Notes: generated by a model not told the origin, from the letters alone. Shown: positions 10,774 through 23,250, counted from the first letter of the stretch. The stretch is DNA of 64,000 bases from an uncultured delta proteobacterium (GCA_963735595.1 CAVTLK010000002.1:704001-768000); one strand, 5' to 3'. Numbers and translations are program-made.

Positions 10774-12274
10774 ATGGAGAAGACCCGATGCCTGATAAAA
10801 GTTGACGCAGGCGCAGTTCTTGGATCCTGTCGACCCACGAATTTACGGCCAGAATATAGAACACATGGGCAGGCAGGTTCTGGGAGGCCTTATTGCAGAA
10901 ACGGGATCGGCGGCCCCTCAGGATGGCGACAATTTCCGGCTTGACGTCCTGGAATCGATCAAAAGCCTGAATCCGTCTCTGCTGAGATGGCCCGGAGGCT
11001 GTTTCGCCGATTCATATCGCTGGAAAGACGGCGTCGGAGCGAACCGCCCCACAGTAAAAAACCGCATGTGGGGCAGATTCCTTGCACAGCATTTCTTCGG
11101 CAATCCCCCTTTTCCTGTCGGCCCTGTTGAAGACAATCGCTTCGGAACCGATGAATTCATGAATCTCTGTCGAAAAACCGGCGCCGAGCCAAGCATAACA
11201 GCAAGCCTGGGAGAAGATGATCCTGATGAGGCGTCAGCTTGGATCGGCTATATAAAAGAGAGATACGGAGCGGGAGCCGTTCCCGCTTGGAGCGTCGGGA
11301 ACGAGCAGTGGAATCCCGTAGAGCCGGGAGGCTGCTTCCTAAGGCCTCGTAAATATGTGGAGCGTTTCCACAGGTTCGCTGGAAAAATGAGAGAAGCCGA
11401 CAAGGATATAAAGCTGATCGCATGCGGAGGCGATGTCCTGATTTTCCCGGGCTGGAACAGGGAAATCATAGAGGGAATAGGCGAAAGCATGGACTATCTG
11501 TCCATGCATCTGTATACGCCTGCCGGAATACCCTTTCTTTCTCGTATAAACGCCTCCCCCGAACATTATTATGCTGTCGCTGCATCAGGACTTGCGGTTC
11601 AGGAACAAATCCTATGCATTGAAGATCTTGCTGAGAAACTTATCGGCAAATCAATCCCCGTTTCTTTTGATGAATGGAACATTCTCGGACCTCTTCGCAG
11701 TTTCATCAATCCGTGGCGCTCAATGAGGGAAGCCATAGGCGCAGCAGGAATCATCCACGTGTTTCACCGTCATGCCAACTATGTGAAGATAGCCGCAATG
11801 TTCGCAATGCTCAACGCAGCAAGCCCTCCCATCATAACGACAAGAGACGCCGTCATACTCGCTCCGGTTTTCCATATTCTGAAGCTTTACAGAGAGTTTA
11901 CGGGAAAATTCAGCGTACGCAGCGAAACGGCATGTCCGTCAATCGACATTCCCAAACTCATTAACCTGCCTGAGCGCAAGTCGTTTCCTCTTCTGGACGC
12001 CAGCGCCTCGATAGACGGCAATCGTCTGACCGTGTTCGTAATAAACCGCGACCATGCAGCAAGCCATGAGGCGGAGCTCGAAATATCAGGAGCCGGTTTT
12101 TCAGGAACGGCTGAAATCCACACGGTGGCGGCGTCGGGATATCTTTCTCAAAATTCTGAGAACCGGCCGGAAACAGTCTGCGAAAAAACTGAAGAAGTCG
12201 AACTGAAAGGGATCCTTTCATTTCACCCCTGTTCGGTAACCGCGATTGTAATGAAAAAAACGGAAACGAAGTGA
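10774..12274 (+). CDS. GH51 alpha-L-arabinofuranosidase (apparent 1-bp frameshift near 10825)
   Basis: PRIYGQNIEH, LRWPGGCFAD, FGTDEF, GNE, FDEWN; AAGGAG RBS and ATG at 10774 join the main frame if one base is removed; the stop TGA is the start of the IS-like IR. Confidence 0.85.
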
Positions 12275-12425
12275 CCTGCCCCCCGAAAATGACCTGTCCC
12301 CTGAGAACGAGTCCGTGTTGAGAGTTAGACCCGGGGTCCGGATCAGGGTCATTTAAGATTTACGACAAACTTTAGCGATTTCAGAGCTATCTCCTCTGTA
12401 GGTTTTCCTTTTTCACAAGATTGTG
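12272..12425 (+). mobile_element. IS3-like left-end remnant (tandem TGACCTG) plus conserved arm
   Basis: TGACCTGCCCCCC and TGACCTGTCCCC; 12290-12425 highly similar to 17101-17237. Confidence 0.7.
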
Positions 12426-12478
12426 TCCCCGCTACCAGAATAATCAAGGACTTACGTGAAAGCGTGGGTCCTTTTTTT
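12426..12478 (+). repeat. att-like repeat R1
   Basis: TCCCCGCTACCAGAATAATCAAGGACTTACGTGAAAGCGTGGGTCC-Tn. Confidence 0.95.
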
Positions 12479-12972
12479 ATGCTCCACATGGATATATACA
12501 GAGGCCACGGGAGGGTTCGTGCGCATGCCGAAATCATCGGGGTTTCGGTAAAGCAGTCTGCGGCTGGCTTAATTCAAGGGATAGCTACCCATCGAGAGAC
12601 TCCGGCCGGGGTTGAGGAGCTGCCGACAGCAGCATTACGGTATGTCATCTTAGAGGAACCGTGAGAAAGGGCGGTGACGGGAGGTGTCCCCATATCTTTG
12701 AATTAAAAAACTTGACGAAATAGCGATACATAGAGTATAAAGCCATAAATTCTTATCGTATTTCTAATGATTGTCCATGCGCCCGCCCATTGCGTATGAC
12801 GATTCAGGAAATGACAAGACACACTCGATCAGGACGCCTCGAATTGAGACCGGATTATCCGAGAGTGGGGATAGGCTGGTTTTGAAGATGTAAATTGGGG
12901 AGCTACGGACTGATTTGTTATAGGCGTTAAAAAGATATCTTAAACGCATAAAACGTCAAGAGGAAAGCGAAC

Positions 12973-13647
12973 ATGGAAGTGTTTCTTGATTTCTTCAATA
13001 TATTTAGCAGGTACATACCCTTTTTCCTGAAAGCGAGTCTCCTGACGGTCGAGATCTCGGCGCTTTCTATTGTTATTGGATTCTTTTTAGGTCTCTTTGC
13101 TGCCCTTGGAAAGATGTCCCATAACAGGCTGATACGCTGGCCGTCCCGTTTCTATGTCTGGTTTTTTCGCGCTACCCCGCTCCTCGTGCAGATCTTCCTC
13201 ATTTATTTCGGTCTTCCCCAGTTTGGCATTAACCTCAGCCCTTTCGTAGCCGGCGTTATGGCTATGAGCATCAATGCGGGGGCCTATTATTCGGAAATCA
13301 TCCGTGCGGGCATCCAATCGATTCATCAAGGCCAAATGGAAGCGGCCCGATCACTCGGAATGAGCTACAGCCTGGCTATGCGCCGCATTATTCTTCCTCA
13401 GGCCCTCAAGGTTGTTATCCCCCCGTTTGGAAACGAATCGATTATTCTCATAAAGGATACTTCTCTCTTATCGACAATAACCATCGTGGAGATCACGCTC
13501 ATGGCACAGCGACTGATAAGCTCAACGTGGAGACCCTTCGAGCTGTATCTTGTGGCCGCCGCCTACTATGCTATGATTACCTCGGTATTGAACTATGTCC
13601 TGAACCGATACGAGAAAAAGCTTGATGTGTCTCAAAGAAAAGGATAA
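12973..13647 (+). CDS. Polar amino acid ABC transporter permease
   Basis: FRATPLLVQ, AYYSEIIRAG, GQMEAARSLG (EAA loop). Confidence 0.93.
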   Translation: MEVFLDFFNIFSRYIPFFLKASLLTVEISALSIVIGFFLGLFAALGKMSHNRLIRWPSRFYVWFFRATPLLVQIFLIYFGLPQFGINLSPFVAGVMAMSINAGAYYSEIIRAGIQSIHQGQMEAARSLGMSYSLAMRRIILPQALKVVIPPFGNESIILIKDTSLLSTITIVEITLMAQRLISSTWRPFELYLVAAAYYAMITSVLNYVLNRYEKKLDVSQRKG

Positions 13648-13689
13648 TATGACTAAAAGAGTCTTAATACACTTGCGGAGGTTTTCACA

Positions 13690-14454
13690 ATGAAGAAGTT
13701 TTCAGTGCTCATCTTAGCGTTTCTTCTTCTTTTTGCCTTTTCCTGCACTACGGAGAAGGGCGATACGCTCGATAAGATCAAGGAACAGGGATTCATCACA
13801 ATCGCGGTAACCGCCGGTAGCCCCCCTTTCAGTTTCGTGGATGAAAAGACTGGGCTGGAAATAGGGTTCGATGTTGATTACGCTACCGAGGTTGCCAAGC
13901 GCCTCGGGGTGGAGCCTAAAATAATTATGGTGGAATGGGATGGGATACTTCCCGGGCTTCTGGCCGGGAAATACGATATCATAATCGGGAGTATGGCGAT
14001 CACCGATGAGAGGAAGCTGCAGGCTAATTTCACCCGTCCCTATTATTCATCGGGCGCCCAGCTTATCGTCAGGGCCGATGATACCTCGATCAACGGCATC
14101 GAAAACCTCGAAGGCAAGTCGGTCGGCGTAACCATCGGCACGACCTACGAGGAGAAGGCCAAAGAGATCCCCGGCTGTATCGTCAAGACATACAAAACCG
14201 AAATGGATGAGCTCCTTGACCTGAAAAACGGCAACATCGACGCCGTCATTACGGACCGATACATCGGCGCGTATACCATTAAGGAATCGGGACTTCCCCT
14301 CAAACTCGCGGGAGATCTCATCTACAAAGAAGATGAGGGAATCCCGATCAGGAAAGAAGATGCTAAGCTTCTGGATGCGGTAGATAAGGCTGTTGAGGAG
14401 ATTACTAACGACGGCACGTTTAAGACCCTGAGCGGAAAGTGGTTTGGTATCTAA
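13690..14454 (+). CDS. Amino acid ABC transporter substrate-binding lipoprotein
   Basis: Lipobox FAFSC; PPF, GFDVD, ITDER family-3 SBP motifs. Confidence 0.92.
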   Translation: MKKFSVLILAFLLLFAFSCTTEKGDTLDKIKEQGFITIAVTAGSPPFSFVDEKTGLEIGFDVDYATEVAKRLGVEPKIIMVEWDGILPGLLAGKYDIIIGSMAITDERKLQANFTRPYYSSGAQLIVRADDTSINGIENLEGKSVGVTIGTTYEEKAKEIPGCIVKTYKTEMDELLDLKNGNIDAVITDRYIGAYTIKESGLPLKLAGDLIYKEDEGIPIRKEDAKLLDAVDKAVEEITNDGTFKTLSGKWFGI

Positions 14455-14533
14455 GAACTAGGCAAGTATTCTACGAATACCCAAAGGGGAGGGAGACGAT
14501 TATCCCTCCCCTTAAGCATGGAGAAACAGATCT

Positions 14534-15304
14534 ATGTCTTCCCTCCGGAAAAAAGACAAAATCATAGATGTGAGGGGGTTGAGAAAAGACTTTGGTAAGC
14601 TTCACGTCCTTAAAGGGGTTGACGCAAGTATCACAAAGGGCGAGGTCCTGGTCATTATCGGCCCCTCGGGTTCAGGGAAGAGCACCTTCTTGCGCTGCTT
14701 GAACATGCTCGATATGCCGACCGGGGGCGATATATTTCTCGACGGGGTCAAGGTAAACGACCATTCCCTTTCGAAGAAGGATTTCCAGCGACATATTAAT
14801 GGAATCCGAGCCAGAATGGGTATGGTTTTCCAGCAGTTCAATCTGTTCCCCCATATGACTGCCCTCGGAAACGTGACCGAAGCCCCTATTCGCGTTCTCA
14901 ATATCCCAAGCGACAAGGCAACCTCTATGGCCCAGGATCTCCTCAAGAAGGTCGGTCTTCAGGATAAAGCCGACGTTTACCCCGAGTCGCTTTCCGGCGG
15001 CCAGAAACAACGGGTGGCCATTGCACGTGCGCTCGCCATGAATCCCGAGGTAATGCTCTTTGACGAGGTGACATCCGCTCTCGATCCGGAGTTGGTAGGG
15101 GATGTTCTCAAGGTTATGAAGAACCTAGCCAAAGATGGGATGACCATGATCGTTGTAACCCATGAAATGGGTTTTGCCCGGGAAGTGGGAGATTGGCTTA
15201 TCTTTATGGATGAAGGGGTGATCATGGAAGAGGGCAAGCCCCGGGAGATATTGGCAAACCCACGTAATGAGAGAACCAAAAAATTTCTCAAAGAAGTGTT
15301 ATAG
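14534..15304 (+). CDS. Amino acid ABC transporter ATP-binding protein (GlnQ-like)
   Basis: [40 protein letters not shown]. Confidence 0.95.
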   Translation: MSSLRKKDKIIDVRGLRKDFGKLHVLKGVDASITKGEVLVIIGPSGSGKSTFLRCLNMLDMPTGGDIFLDGVKVNDHSLSKKDFQRHINGIRARMGMVFQQFNLFPHMTALGNVTEAPIRVLNIPSDKATSMAQDLLKKVGLQDKADVYPESLSGGQKQRVAIARALAMNPEVMLFDEVTSALDPELVGDVLKVMKNLAKDGMTMIVVTHEMGFAREVGDWLIFMDEGVIMEEGKPREILANPRNERTKKFLKEVL

Positions 15305-15341
15305 ATACGGTTAACCTATTATCCCATTATTCCCGTTTCTG

Positions 15342-15644
15342 AGGTCATAGGTTCGAATTCTATCCCCGCTACCAGCATAATCAAGGACTTACGTGAAAGC
15401 GTGGGTCTTTTTTTGTATTTGTCCTATAGCTATAGGTTCAAAATCAGTACTATTTCGAGTTTAAGTAAGCGAAGCTCTTGACAGTGAAGTGGCGGCGGGA
15501 GTATAACACCATCAGGCCGCATAGTTCCCATGGTTACCATCCACCGGCTCCCGGAACCATACTCCCGTGGCCTTTGGAAGTTCAACATACAACCTAAGCC
15601 TATGGACTAATCTAAACAGTGGTGCCGTTAATGGGGGCAGGTCA
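15342..15644 (+). repeat. ~300-bp near-identical duplicate of 10397-10700 (33-nt tRNA 3' fragment, repeat R2 at 15363-15414, IS3 tail)
   Basis: AGGTCATAGGTTCGAATTCTATCCCCGCTACCA through GGGGGCAGGTCA aligns with only a few differences. Confidence 0.95.
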
Positions 15645-15770
15645 GTACTCTTGATATCACTTTCTTTTCTAAAATCCCGTAACCGCGGGCGAATATTTCT
15701 CGGGAATGACATCCCTTGTATCGCGGCTGACGTGTAGGGAATTCAAACAGTCGAAGAGAGGGGAATATCG

Positions 15771-16949
15771 ATGAATCCAACTGAGCGAGTTATTGCTGCT
15801 ATTGAAGGAAGAGTACTGGATCGGGTGCCGACTTTCTGTCCTTTCCTTGACCCATGGCCGGTGCAGCAGGTTCTCGGGAAGCCAATCCTGTCGGATAAGA
15901 TTGTTTTCCTCAATCCTCTTACCCGTTTCATTCTTGATCACTGGGGCCCCTCGCTTAAAAAAGCCATTTCCGATCCCGCCCTCGAAAAGCTCAACCTCAA
16001 GCAGATCGAAGCCGCACGTCGAATCGGACTAGATTCGATATGGGGCCTATACGACATCAGAAACATCGTCAAAGATTCCAAGACGTTTATCGTGAGCCCG
16101 GGCTTCTACTACGACATCATTCAGGACGGTCACGGCAACCTGACCTACATGTACCGAGGTCCAGCTATTTCATCCGAGAAAGAGTTCGATGAGTGGCCCT
16201 ATCTTCATAATAACGACGAAATGGCCCATTCCTGTTTCCTCTTTTTCAAGAAGGCAATGCCGCTTTATGGTGATAAAATATGCGTCATTGGAGAGGTCTC
16301 GGGCGGTATCCAGGAGGTGCTTTTTCACCTCCTTGGGTTTGAGAAGTTCTCGCTTTTCATCAGGAAAGAGCCGCGCTTCATACAGCGGCTTATCGGCTTC
16401 TTCGAGGAATACAAGATGAAGGGGTACATGGCCATGATGGACGCGGGAGTCAAGGTTATTATGGCCGGAGACGATTTCGCTTTTAAATCGGGCCCCATTC
16501 TCAATCCAAGGATCATTGACGAGCTCTTCGGCCCCCCGTACACCCGCCTCACCCGGACCGTTCACGATCGAGGTGGGAAGATCCTGCTCCACTCGTGCGG
16601 TGACAACACGGTTCTCTTCGATCTCTTCATCAAGTGGGGTTTCGACGGCGCTCATGCCTATGAAAACACGTCAAACGTTGACATCTATCGAGAAAAAGAG
16701 GTTCATGGAGACCGATTCTCTATCGTTGGCGGTCCCGGGGTTGACTACTTGCTCACGGAACGCTCAACGGCCGCGGAGGTGGCCGATGCAACAAGATACA
16801 TGATCGATCGTCTTGCACCGGGAGGGCGGTTTATACTGAGTCCGGTACACGCCCACGGAGAAATGGACATGAGCAAGGTCAGGGTTATGATCGAAACCGC
16901 GCGGGAATATGGTCTGGGAAAACCGCAGGCCTGTAAGACGGCGGAGTGA
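15771..16949 (+). CDS. Uroporphyrinogen decarboxylase (URO-D/MtaA-CmuA) family protein
   Basis: ERVIAA..G...DRVP start, GDDFAFKSGP, HSCGD, GGRFILSP. Confidence 0.8.
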   Translation: MNPTERVIAAIEGRVLDRVPTFCPFLDPWPVQQVLGKPILSDKIVFLNPLTRFILDHWGPSLKKAISDPALEKLNLKQIEAARRIGLDSIWGLYDIRNIVKDSKTFIVSPGFYYDIIQDGHGNLTYMYRGPAISSEKEFDEWPYLHNNDEMAHSCFLFFKKAMPLYGDKICVIGEVSGGIQEVLFHLLGFEKFSLFIRKEPRFIQRLIGFFEEYKMKGYMAMMDAGVKVIMAGDDFAFKSGPILNPRIIDELFGPPYTRLTRTVHDRGGKILLHSCGDNTVLFDLFIKWGFDGAHAYENTSNVDIYREKEVHGDRFSIVGGPGVDYLLTERSTAAEVADATRYMIDRLAPGGRFILSPVHAHGEMDMSKVRVMIETAREYGLGKPQACKTAE

Positions 16950-17100
16950 GCCGTCACCGAGACTTATCGAAGATAGGCCCCACTCCGGCTAGGATAGAAT
17001 ATGGGTAACCAAAGGGGGTTGATTCTATCAGGATGACTGTAAGGGACCCCCAGGGAAGCCTGACCGAGTACCTGACGATATTTCTATATCTAACCTACTT

Positions 17101-17290
17101 TGACCTGCCCCCCGAGAACGAGTCCGTGTTGAGAGTTAGACCTGGGGCCCGTATCAGGGTCATTTAAAGATTTACGACAAACTTTAGCGATTTCGGAGCT
17201 ATTTCCTCTATTGGGTTTCCTTTTTGACGGTAGCGTGTCCCCGCTACCAGAATAATCAAGGACTTACGCAGAAGCGTGGGTCCTTTTTTT
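17101..17290 (+). repeat. IS3-like left end plus arm plus att-like repeat R3 (17238-17290)
   Basis: TGACCTGCCCCCCGAGAACGAGTCCGTGTTGAGAGTTAGA... matches 12290-12478. Confidence 0.92.
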
Positions 17291-17317
17291 ATTGATGAAC
17301 CACAGTACCCTGATATC

Positions 17318-17710
17318 TTATGTATCGAGCCAGTCTAAGGCCTCGGGGAGCGTGTTGAAGTTTTCCATCTGCGTATCGGACTCCCTGCCGACCCTGCCGG
17401 AGGCCAGTGTCTGTATCGGCTGATCGGTGACGGTGGCCGATTTCCTTACCCCTTTGTTCTTAGACAATTCCTGGGCCTTGATGAATGCCTCCATGATCGA
17501 CTGCGGCGGTACCTTGAAGTCCCGTACATCGATGAGGCTGCTAAAGCCGGGGCTCATTCTTGACAGCAATCTCTCCACATCGGCAAGATACCCCCTTTTG
17601 AATTCCTCCCTATCGGGCCAGAAACCTCGGAATACGACATAGGTCCTGTTGACCACCGTATCGGCCTCTATCGTATAGAATTCGTTGTCCGCTATCAACT
17701 CTCGTGCCAT
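17318..17710 (-). CDS. Hypothetical protein (STAS/SEC14-like small protein)
   Basis: GGAGG RBS; GFW, L.D.R.F and F..L.EAL.WL pattern. Confidence 0.6.
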   Translation of the reverse strand: MARELIADNEFYTIEADTVVNRTYVVFRGFWPDREEFKRGYLADVERLLSRMSPGFSSLIDVRDFKVPPQSIMEAFIKAQELSKNKGVRKSATVTDQPIQTLASGRVGRESDTQMENFNTLPEALDWLDT

Positions 17711-17885
17711 CTTAGCCTCCTTGCGTATGCTCTGTTGTTTTACACCGTGTATCAATTATAAGATAATGTCTGGATTAGACAACCGTTTGATTTTTCATCA
17801 GCGTAACGATCACACCATTACCTGTCACGATGAGAAATAACCCATCATTTTTCGTATTTTTCGTCAGTGACGACGTTTATTCCTG

Positions 17886-17938
17886 TCCCCGCCGGCAACG
17901 AACTCAAGAACTCACACGAAAGCGTGGGTTCCTTTTTT
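17886..17938 (+). repeat. att-like repeat R4 (degenerate)
   Basis: TCCCCGCCGGCAACGAACTCAAGAACTCACACGAAAGCGTGGGTTCC-T6. Confidence 0.8.
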
Positions 17939-17991
17939 GGGGCGGTCGATCGGATCAGGGAGGGGGGGGACGGAATTCAATCCGCAAAATA

Positions 17992-18022
17992 AACGGGAGG
18001 CGGCTATAGGCCGCCTCCCGTC
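17992..18022. terminator. GC-rich hairpin, probable terminator
   Basis: ACGGGAGGCGGC-TATAG-GCCGCCTCCCGT inverted repeat. Confidence 0.6.
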
Positions 18023-18287
18023 ATCTCCGTATTGTCGGAACCACCCTGTTTAAAACTCATGTGCGTATTGACCCAGCGGTAGATCGGTCCCCGGTGCTCC
18101 CGCCCCGTCTTTACGGTCGTTCCGGGGCGTCACGGTCGTCCGACCTGCCTCTCGAAAGCACGTCCCTGCCAGGGACGGGAGCGCCCGTATAATGACGGGG
18201 GTCAGGTACGCGTACCGTGGGCTTCGGCCTATCACGGAAGGCTATACTTGAATGCGGCGCACGAGTTACATGCTTACCCCTAACCCT

Positions 18288-19307
<1,020 letters not shown>

Positions 19308-19532
19308 TCAGGATCAAAGCGATTTATAACCTTTGCTCACCTCTATTTTCCGCTTTGTTAAGAGATAGTTTACCCCTGAAAAAACGAAGGAGATAGACCG
19401 ATCCTGTTAGTTTCTTGCCTAATCCTCCGAGTACCTCAATAAATGGGTTGTATGGGGGGGTGGTATCTAGTACTATTTACCAGAAGACATCAATGGGTGG
19501 GAACATGGCTCGGGTATTCGAGAGGAAGTTAG

Positions 19533-20435
19533 ATGGAAGCGGCACTTGAAGCTTTGGGAAAGGGCATAGCCCGATGGACCGACAGGGCCGACATATTCGA
19601 GACCGCGGTCCCGGGCTTGTCGCTATTTCGATGGGACGAACCGACCGAGCCCATGAGCAGCATGTACGTGGCGAGCATCTGCGTGATTGCCCAGGGGGCC
19701 AAACGCGTGTTACTCGGGGAGGACTCATATATCTACGGCGCACACCGCTATCTGGTGACGTCCGTGGATCTGCCAACGGTCGCTCAGGTTATCAAGGCGA
19801 GCCGGGAGAAGCCCTGCCTGGGGTTTACGCTGAGACTCGATCAACGGGAAATTTCACAGCTGATGGTGGACAGCAAGCTTCCCCCGCCGCGTGCCCGGCA
19901 GTCGGACCGCGGAATGGCGACCGGGGAGGTCACGCTGCCGTTGCTGGCCGCGTTTCAGCGGTTGATCGACCTGCTTTCCGAACCAAGAGATATCCCGATC
20001 CTTGCGCCGATCATCCAGCGGGAGATTTTCTACCGGTTGCTCGTGGGCGATCAGGGTACCCGTCTACGACAGATTGCGTCGGCGGGAAGTCAGAGCCAGC
20101 AGATCGCGCGGGCAATCGATTGGCTGAAGGACAACTTCGCACGGCCGCTGCGTATCGATGATCTGGCTAATCACGTCAATATGAGCACCTCAACCTTCCA
20201 CCATCATTTCCGGGCGTTGACGGCCATGAGCCCGTTACAGTACCAAAAGTGGCTGCGTTTAAACGAGGCGCGACGGCTGATGCTCGCCGAGCGCCTGGAC
20301 GCTACAAGCGCTGCGCTTCAGGTAGGATACGAAAGCCCATCCCAGTTCAGCCGCGAGTATAGCCGCCAATTCGGGGCGCCGCCGTCGCGCGACATTATGA
20401 GCCTCAATCAAATTACCGTCGGTGAAATGGTTTAG
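19533..20435 (+). CDS. AraC-family regulator (YqhC-like), divergent from the AKR
   Basis: AraC_N (QGAKRV) and double HTH (SPLQYQK.LRL, VGYESPSQFSREY); start may lie slightly upstream. Confidence 0.92.
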   Translation: MEAALEALGKGIARWTDRADIFETAVPGLSLFRWDEPTEPMSSMYVASICVIAQGAKRVLLGEDSYIYGAHRYLVTSVDLPTVAQVIKASREKPCLGFTLRLDQREISQLMVDSKLPPPRARQSDRGMATGEVTLPLLAAFQRLIDLLSEPRDIPILAPIIQREIFYRLLVGDQGTRLRQIASAGSQSQQIARAIDWLKDNFARPLRIDDLANHVNMSTSTFHHHFRALTAMSPLQYQKWLRLNEARRLMLAERLDATSAALQVGYESPSQFSREYSRQFGAPPSRDIMSLNQITVGEMV

Positions 20436-20512
20436 ATTCGCCTGTCAGGGTCATTTGAGTTTCATCGAGAACCCGACCGGGGGGGGCAGGTCATCATCTA
20501 TTCCTTTCGATT

Positions 20513-20573
20513 GAATCCTATCCCCGCTACCAGTAAAACCAAGGACTTACGCAAAAGCGTGGGTCCTTTTTTT
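20513..20573 (+). repeat. att-like repeat R5 with 20-nt tRNA identity
   Basis: GAATCCTATCCCCGCTACCAGTAAAACCAAGGACTTACGCAAAAGCGTGGGTCC-Tn; preceded by GGGGGGCAGGTCA at 20481-20493. Confidence 0.93.
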
Positions 20574-20626
20574 GTGAGTGACCTAAAGTTATTTTGGGGT
20601 TTACCGATTAAATGGCGCGGTGTTAA

Positions 20627-20796
20627 TTGTTGACAGAAAAGTGTCGAAGAGAGTATAAGATGACTAGGACGCACAGTTCTCTTAACTACAATCCCCCGGC
20701 TCCTGAAACCATACTTCCCCGGTCTTCGGGAGCTCAAAAAGGAGCGTATGCCTATGGAATAACTCAAACACTGTTACAGTTCTCGGGAGCAGGTCA
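20627..20796 (+). mobile_element. Diverged IS3-family 3'-end remnant
   Basis: Reads LTEKCRREYKMTRTHSSLNYNPPAPETILP, homologous to the 10531-10700 remnant; ends GGGAGCAGGTCA. Confidence 0.75.
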
Positions 20797-21300
20797 ATCG
20801 TTTTCATGTAACTTCACGCTTGACAGGAGCCAATAAGTACTATCGGGTGTTTCACACGACATTTATAGTGGGGAATAGCATGAAAAAGAACTTTATCCTC
20901 TTTTTGTCTATGTCACTTGTTGTTGTGTGTGCTCTCTCATCTATCGCAGCGCACGCGATACTAACTCTTGACAACGTCTCATATTTAATAGTATAAAAAA
21001 GCGTCAAGGATCAAAGTACGTTCCGGTGGCGTGGGGCAACGGCCTTGCCTGCCGGCCGTTACACAAGGCCCCTGTTATGACGGACTGTCCTTATTCAATC
21101 GGCTGTAACCGATGGGAAGGCGACTTCGAATTCCCATTTGGCCAGTAATGCATAGGTGCTTTCGCCGTAAAATAGTACGAAGGGGCACTTAAGCACGTTT
21201 GCCGGTCTTCCGGATACGGGAGTGAAACGTGAGCCGATGGGCTCACGTGAAAACCGGTTCTCTTGATCGGGATAGACACTATCGAGTGAGAGGAAATCAG

Positions 21301-22131
21301 ATGAAAGACAAACCGGAACTCCTTTACCTGGAGCTACTGAAAAAGACGCTCACATTTACCCTGTGGCCCGAGCCGCCGATACCGATCACGGCTATACGGC
21401 ACAAATATAATCCTGTCAACTGGTTCTTTGTTACCGCTATCGCGAAGCTGCTGAAGCTTGGAAAACTCCAGATCGTCAAAGACCGCGGTTATTCGGAAGA
21501 AATGAGAACGGACGGGGGAATATGGCCGGTCTATGCCGATACCATGATTGGGATGAAGCGCCTCGATAACATCCAGTACTGCGTTGAAACCGTGATCAAG
21601 GATGGAGTCCAGGGGGACTTCATCGAGACGGGCGTCTGGAGGGGCGGCGCATGTATTTTAATGCGTGCCATACTCAAGGTCCGCGGTGTTGAGAACCGTA
21701 GGGTATTCGTTGCCGATTCTTTTGCGGGACTGCCGAAGCCGGACGCCGTAAAATACCCCGCCGACAGGGGGGATAAACACCACACTCGAAGCTTCCTCAC
21801 CGTAACAAAGAAAGACGTCGAAAACAATTTCAAGAAGTACGGTCTATTAGACAAGCAGGTCGTTTTCCTTAAAGGGTGGTTCAAGGATACCCTTCCGAAG
21901 GCGCCCATCAAGAAGCTTTCAATACTCCGTCTCGACGGCGATATGTATGGCTCGACTATGGAGGCCCTGGAGATCCTCTATCCGAAGCTGTCAAAGGGCG
22001 GTTTTTGCGTTATCGATGATTACGCCTTACGGGGCTGTAGAATGGCGGTGGATGACTACCGGTCTAAATATAATATAAAAGAGGAAATCAAGTCTATCGA
22101 CTGGACCGGCAGATACTGGAGAAAAAACTAG
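21301..22131 (+). CDS. TylF/MycF family O-methyltransferase
   Basis: TMIG..RL, GDFIETGVWRGG, ADSFAG, GWFKDT, LRLDGDMY. Confidence 0.92.
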   Translation: MKDKPELLYLELLKKTLTFTLWPEPPIPITAIRHKYNPVNWFFVTAIAKLLKLGKLQIVKDRGYSEEMRTDGGIWPVYADTMIGMKRLDNIQYCVETVIKDGVQGDFIETGVWRGGACILMRAILKVRGVENRRVFVADSFAGLPKPDAVKYPADRGDKHHTRSFLTVTKKDVENNFKKYGLLDKQVVFLKGWFKDTLPKAPIKKLSILRLDGDMYGSTMEALEILYPKLSKGGFCVIDDYALRGCRMAVDDYRSKYNIKEEIKSIDWTGRYWRKN

Positions 22132-22374
22132 CGGGTACGATTACTAGAGAGGGTTTTTCTTTTCTCGAGGGTGTCGCAGATTCAGTTGAAACCGGGCGAC
22201 GGTACAGCTTCTCATATTACGCTACCTGTTTCGCATTTTCAACATAAGGATCATCTTCAAGGGCGGATTTAAGTATCCGGAGGTCCCGGTACCCGCTGAT
22301 CCGCCGAAAGCTCTTCTCCACCGCGAGAGTTCCCGGAGCCCCGAGATTCTTCCGTTGAAGTGCTTATCCGCTCC

Positions 22375-23250
22375 TTATCTGGCTAATTCCCTGAGCAATT
22401 CCCGCGACGTATCGATAATAGTCTGGTTGCGAATAATCTGTTCCCTTTTCTTCTTGGACAGCACGCCCAGCAGTTTGCCTATCTTCAGGAAGAACAGCTT
22501 TCGCCGGGCGTTACCGATCTTTTTCCGGACGATAAATTCTATCTGGTCTTTCGTATAGTGTTTTTTATAAAAGACCTGCTTTCCCCGCTGCCTTCTCAGC
22601 CGGACTTCCCTGGAAGGCAATGTTGCGGAGCTGACGCCGCCGATATGGTCAACGGTGACGTCCCGATACCATGATACAACGAGTCCCTGCTTTCTGATTC
22701 GTAATGCGAGATCGGTCTCCTCGGCATATAAGAAATAATCCTCGTCAAAGCCGCCGACGTTTTTATAGACATCGTACGGTATCATCATGCAGGAACCGCT
22801 TATCCACGCGATTTCGCCCGGCAGGTTCTTAATCATGTGGCCCGGGTGGATTTCGCCGGGGTAATCATAGTGCGGCACCAACTCTTTCCCGTCGTGGGCT
22901 ACCGAAGGCCCCATCAGCCCGCATTCAGGGTGGCTTTCCATGAAATTGACCATCCGGCGCAGGGCGTCGTCGCTCCGCAGCTCAATATCGGGATTGGATA
23001 CCAGTATAAAGCGGCCTTTCGCACTCCGAAACCCTAAATTACAGCCGCGGCCGTAACCGAGGTTTTCATCGCTGGAAACCAGCTTCCCCGGGAAGGCCGT
23101 TTTCTTCAGGACCTCAATGCTATTGTCCGTGCTGGCGTTATCGACGACGATAATCTCGAAGGTAACGTCCTTTTGCCTCAGCACCGAATTTATACACGGT
23201 ACGATGACGTCCGCCGAATTGTAGCTGACGATTACTACACTTACGTCCAT
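22375..23250 (-). CDS. Glycosyltransferase family 2
   Basis: VVIVSYN, VVDNAS, N.GY..GCN, GFDEDYFLYAEETDL. Confidence 0.9.
   Translation of the reverse strand: MDVSVVIVSYNSADVIVPCINSVLRQKDVTFEIIVVDNASTDNSIEVLKKTAFPGKLVSSDENLGYGRGCNLGFRSAKGRFILVSNPDIELRSDDALRRMVNFMESHPECGLMGPSVAHDGKELVPHYDYPGEIHPGHMIKNLPGEIAWISGSCMMIPYDVYKNVGGFDEDYFLYAEETDLALRIRKQGLVVSWYRDVTVDHIGGVSSATLPSREVRLRRQRGKQVFYKKHYTKDQIEFIVRKKIGNARRKLFFLKIGKLLGVLSKKKREQIIRNQTIIDTSRELLRELAR

Noticed and set aside
12349..12537. Minus-strand ORFs with a 'KKGPTLSRKSLIILVAG'-like motif (also 20498-20767 and 35091-35306)
   Set aside because: They are antisense translations of the att repeat, not a supported protein family.
12740..12972. 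Possible riboswitch or T-box upstream of the amino acid ABC operon
   Set aside because: No recognisable aptamer or T-box motif by eye; an Rfam scan would be needed.
15342..15374. Second tRNA-Met gene
   Set aside because: Only the 3' 33 nt are present; there is no D or anticodon arm.
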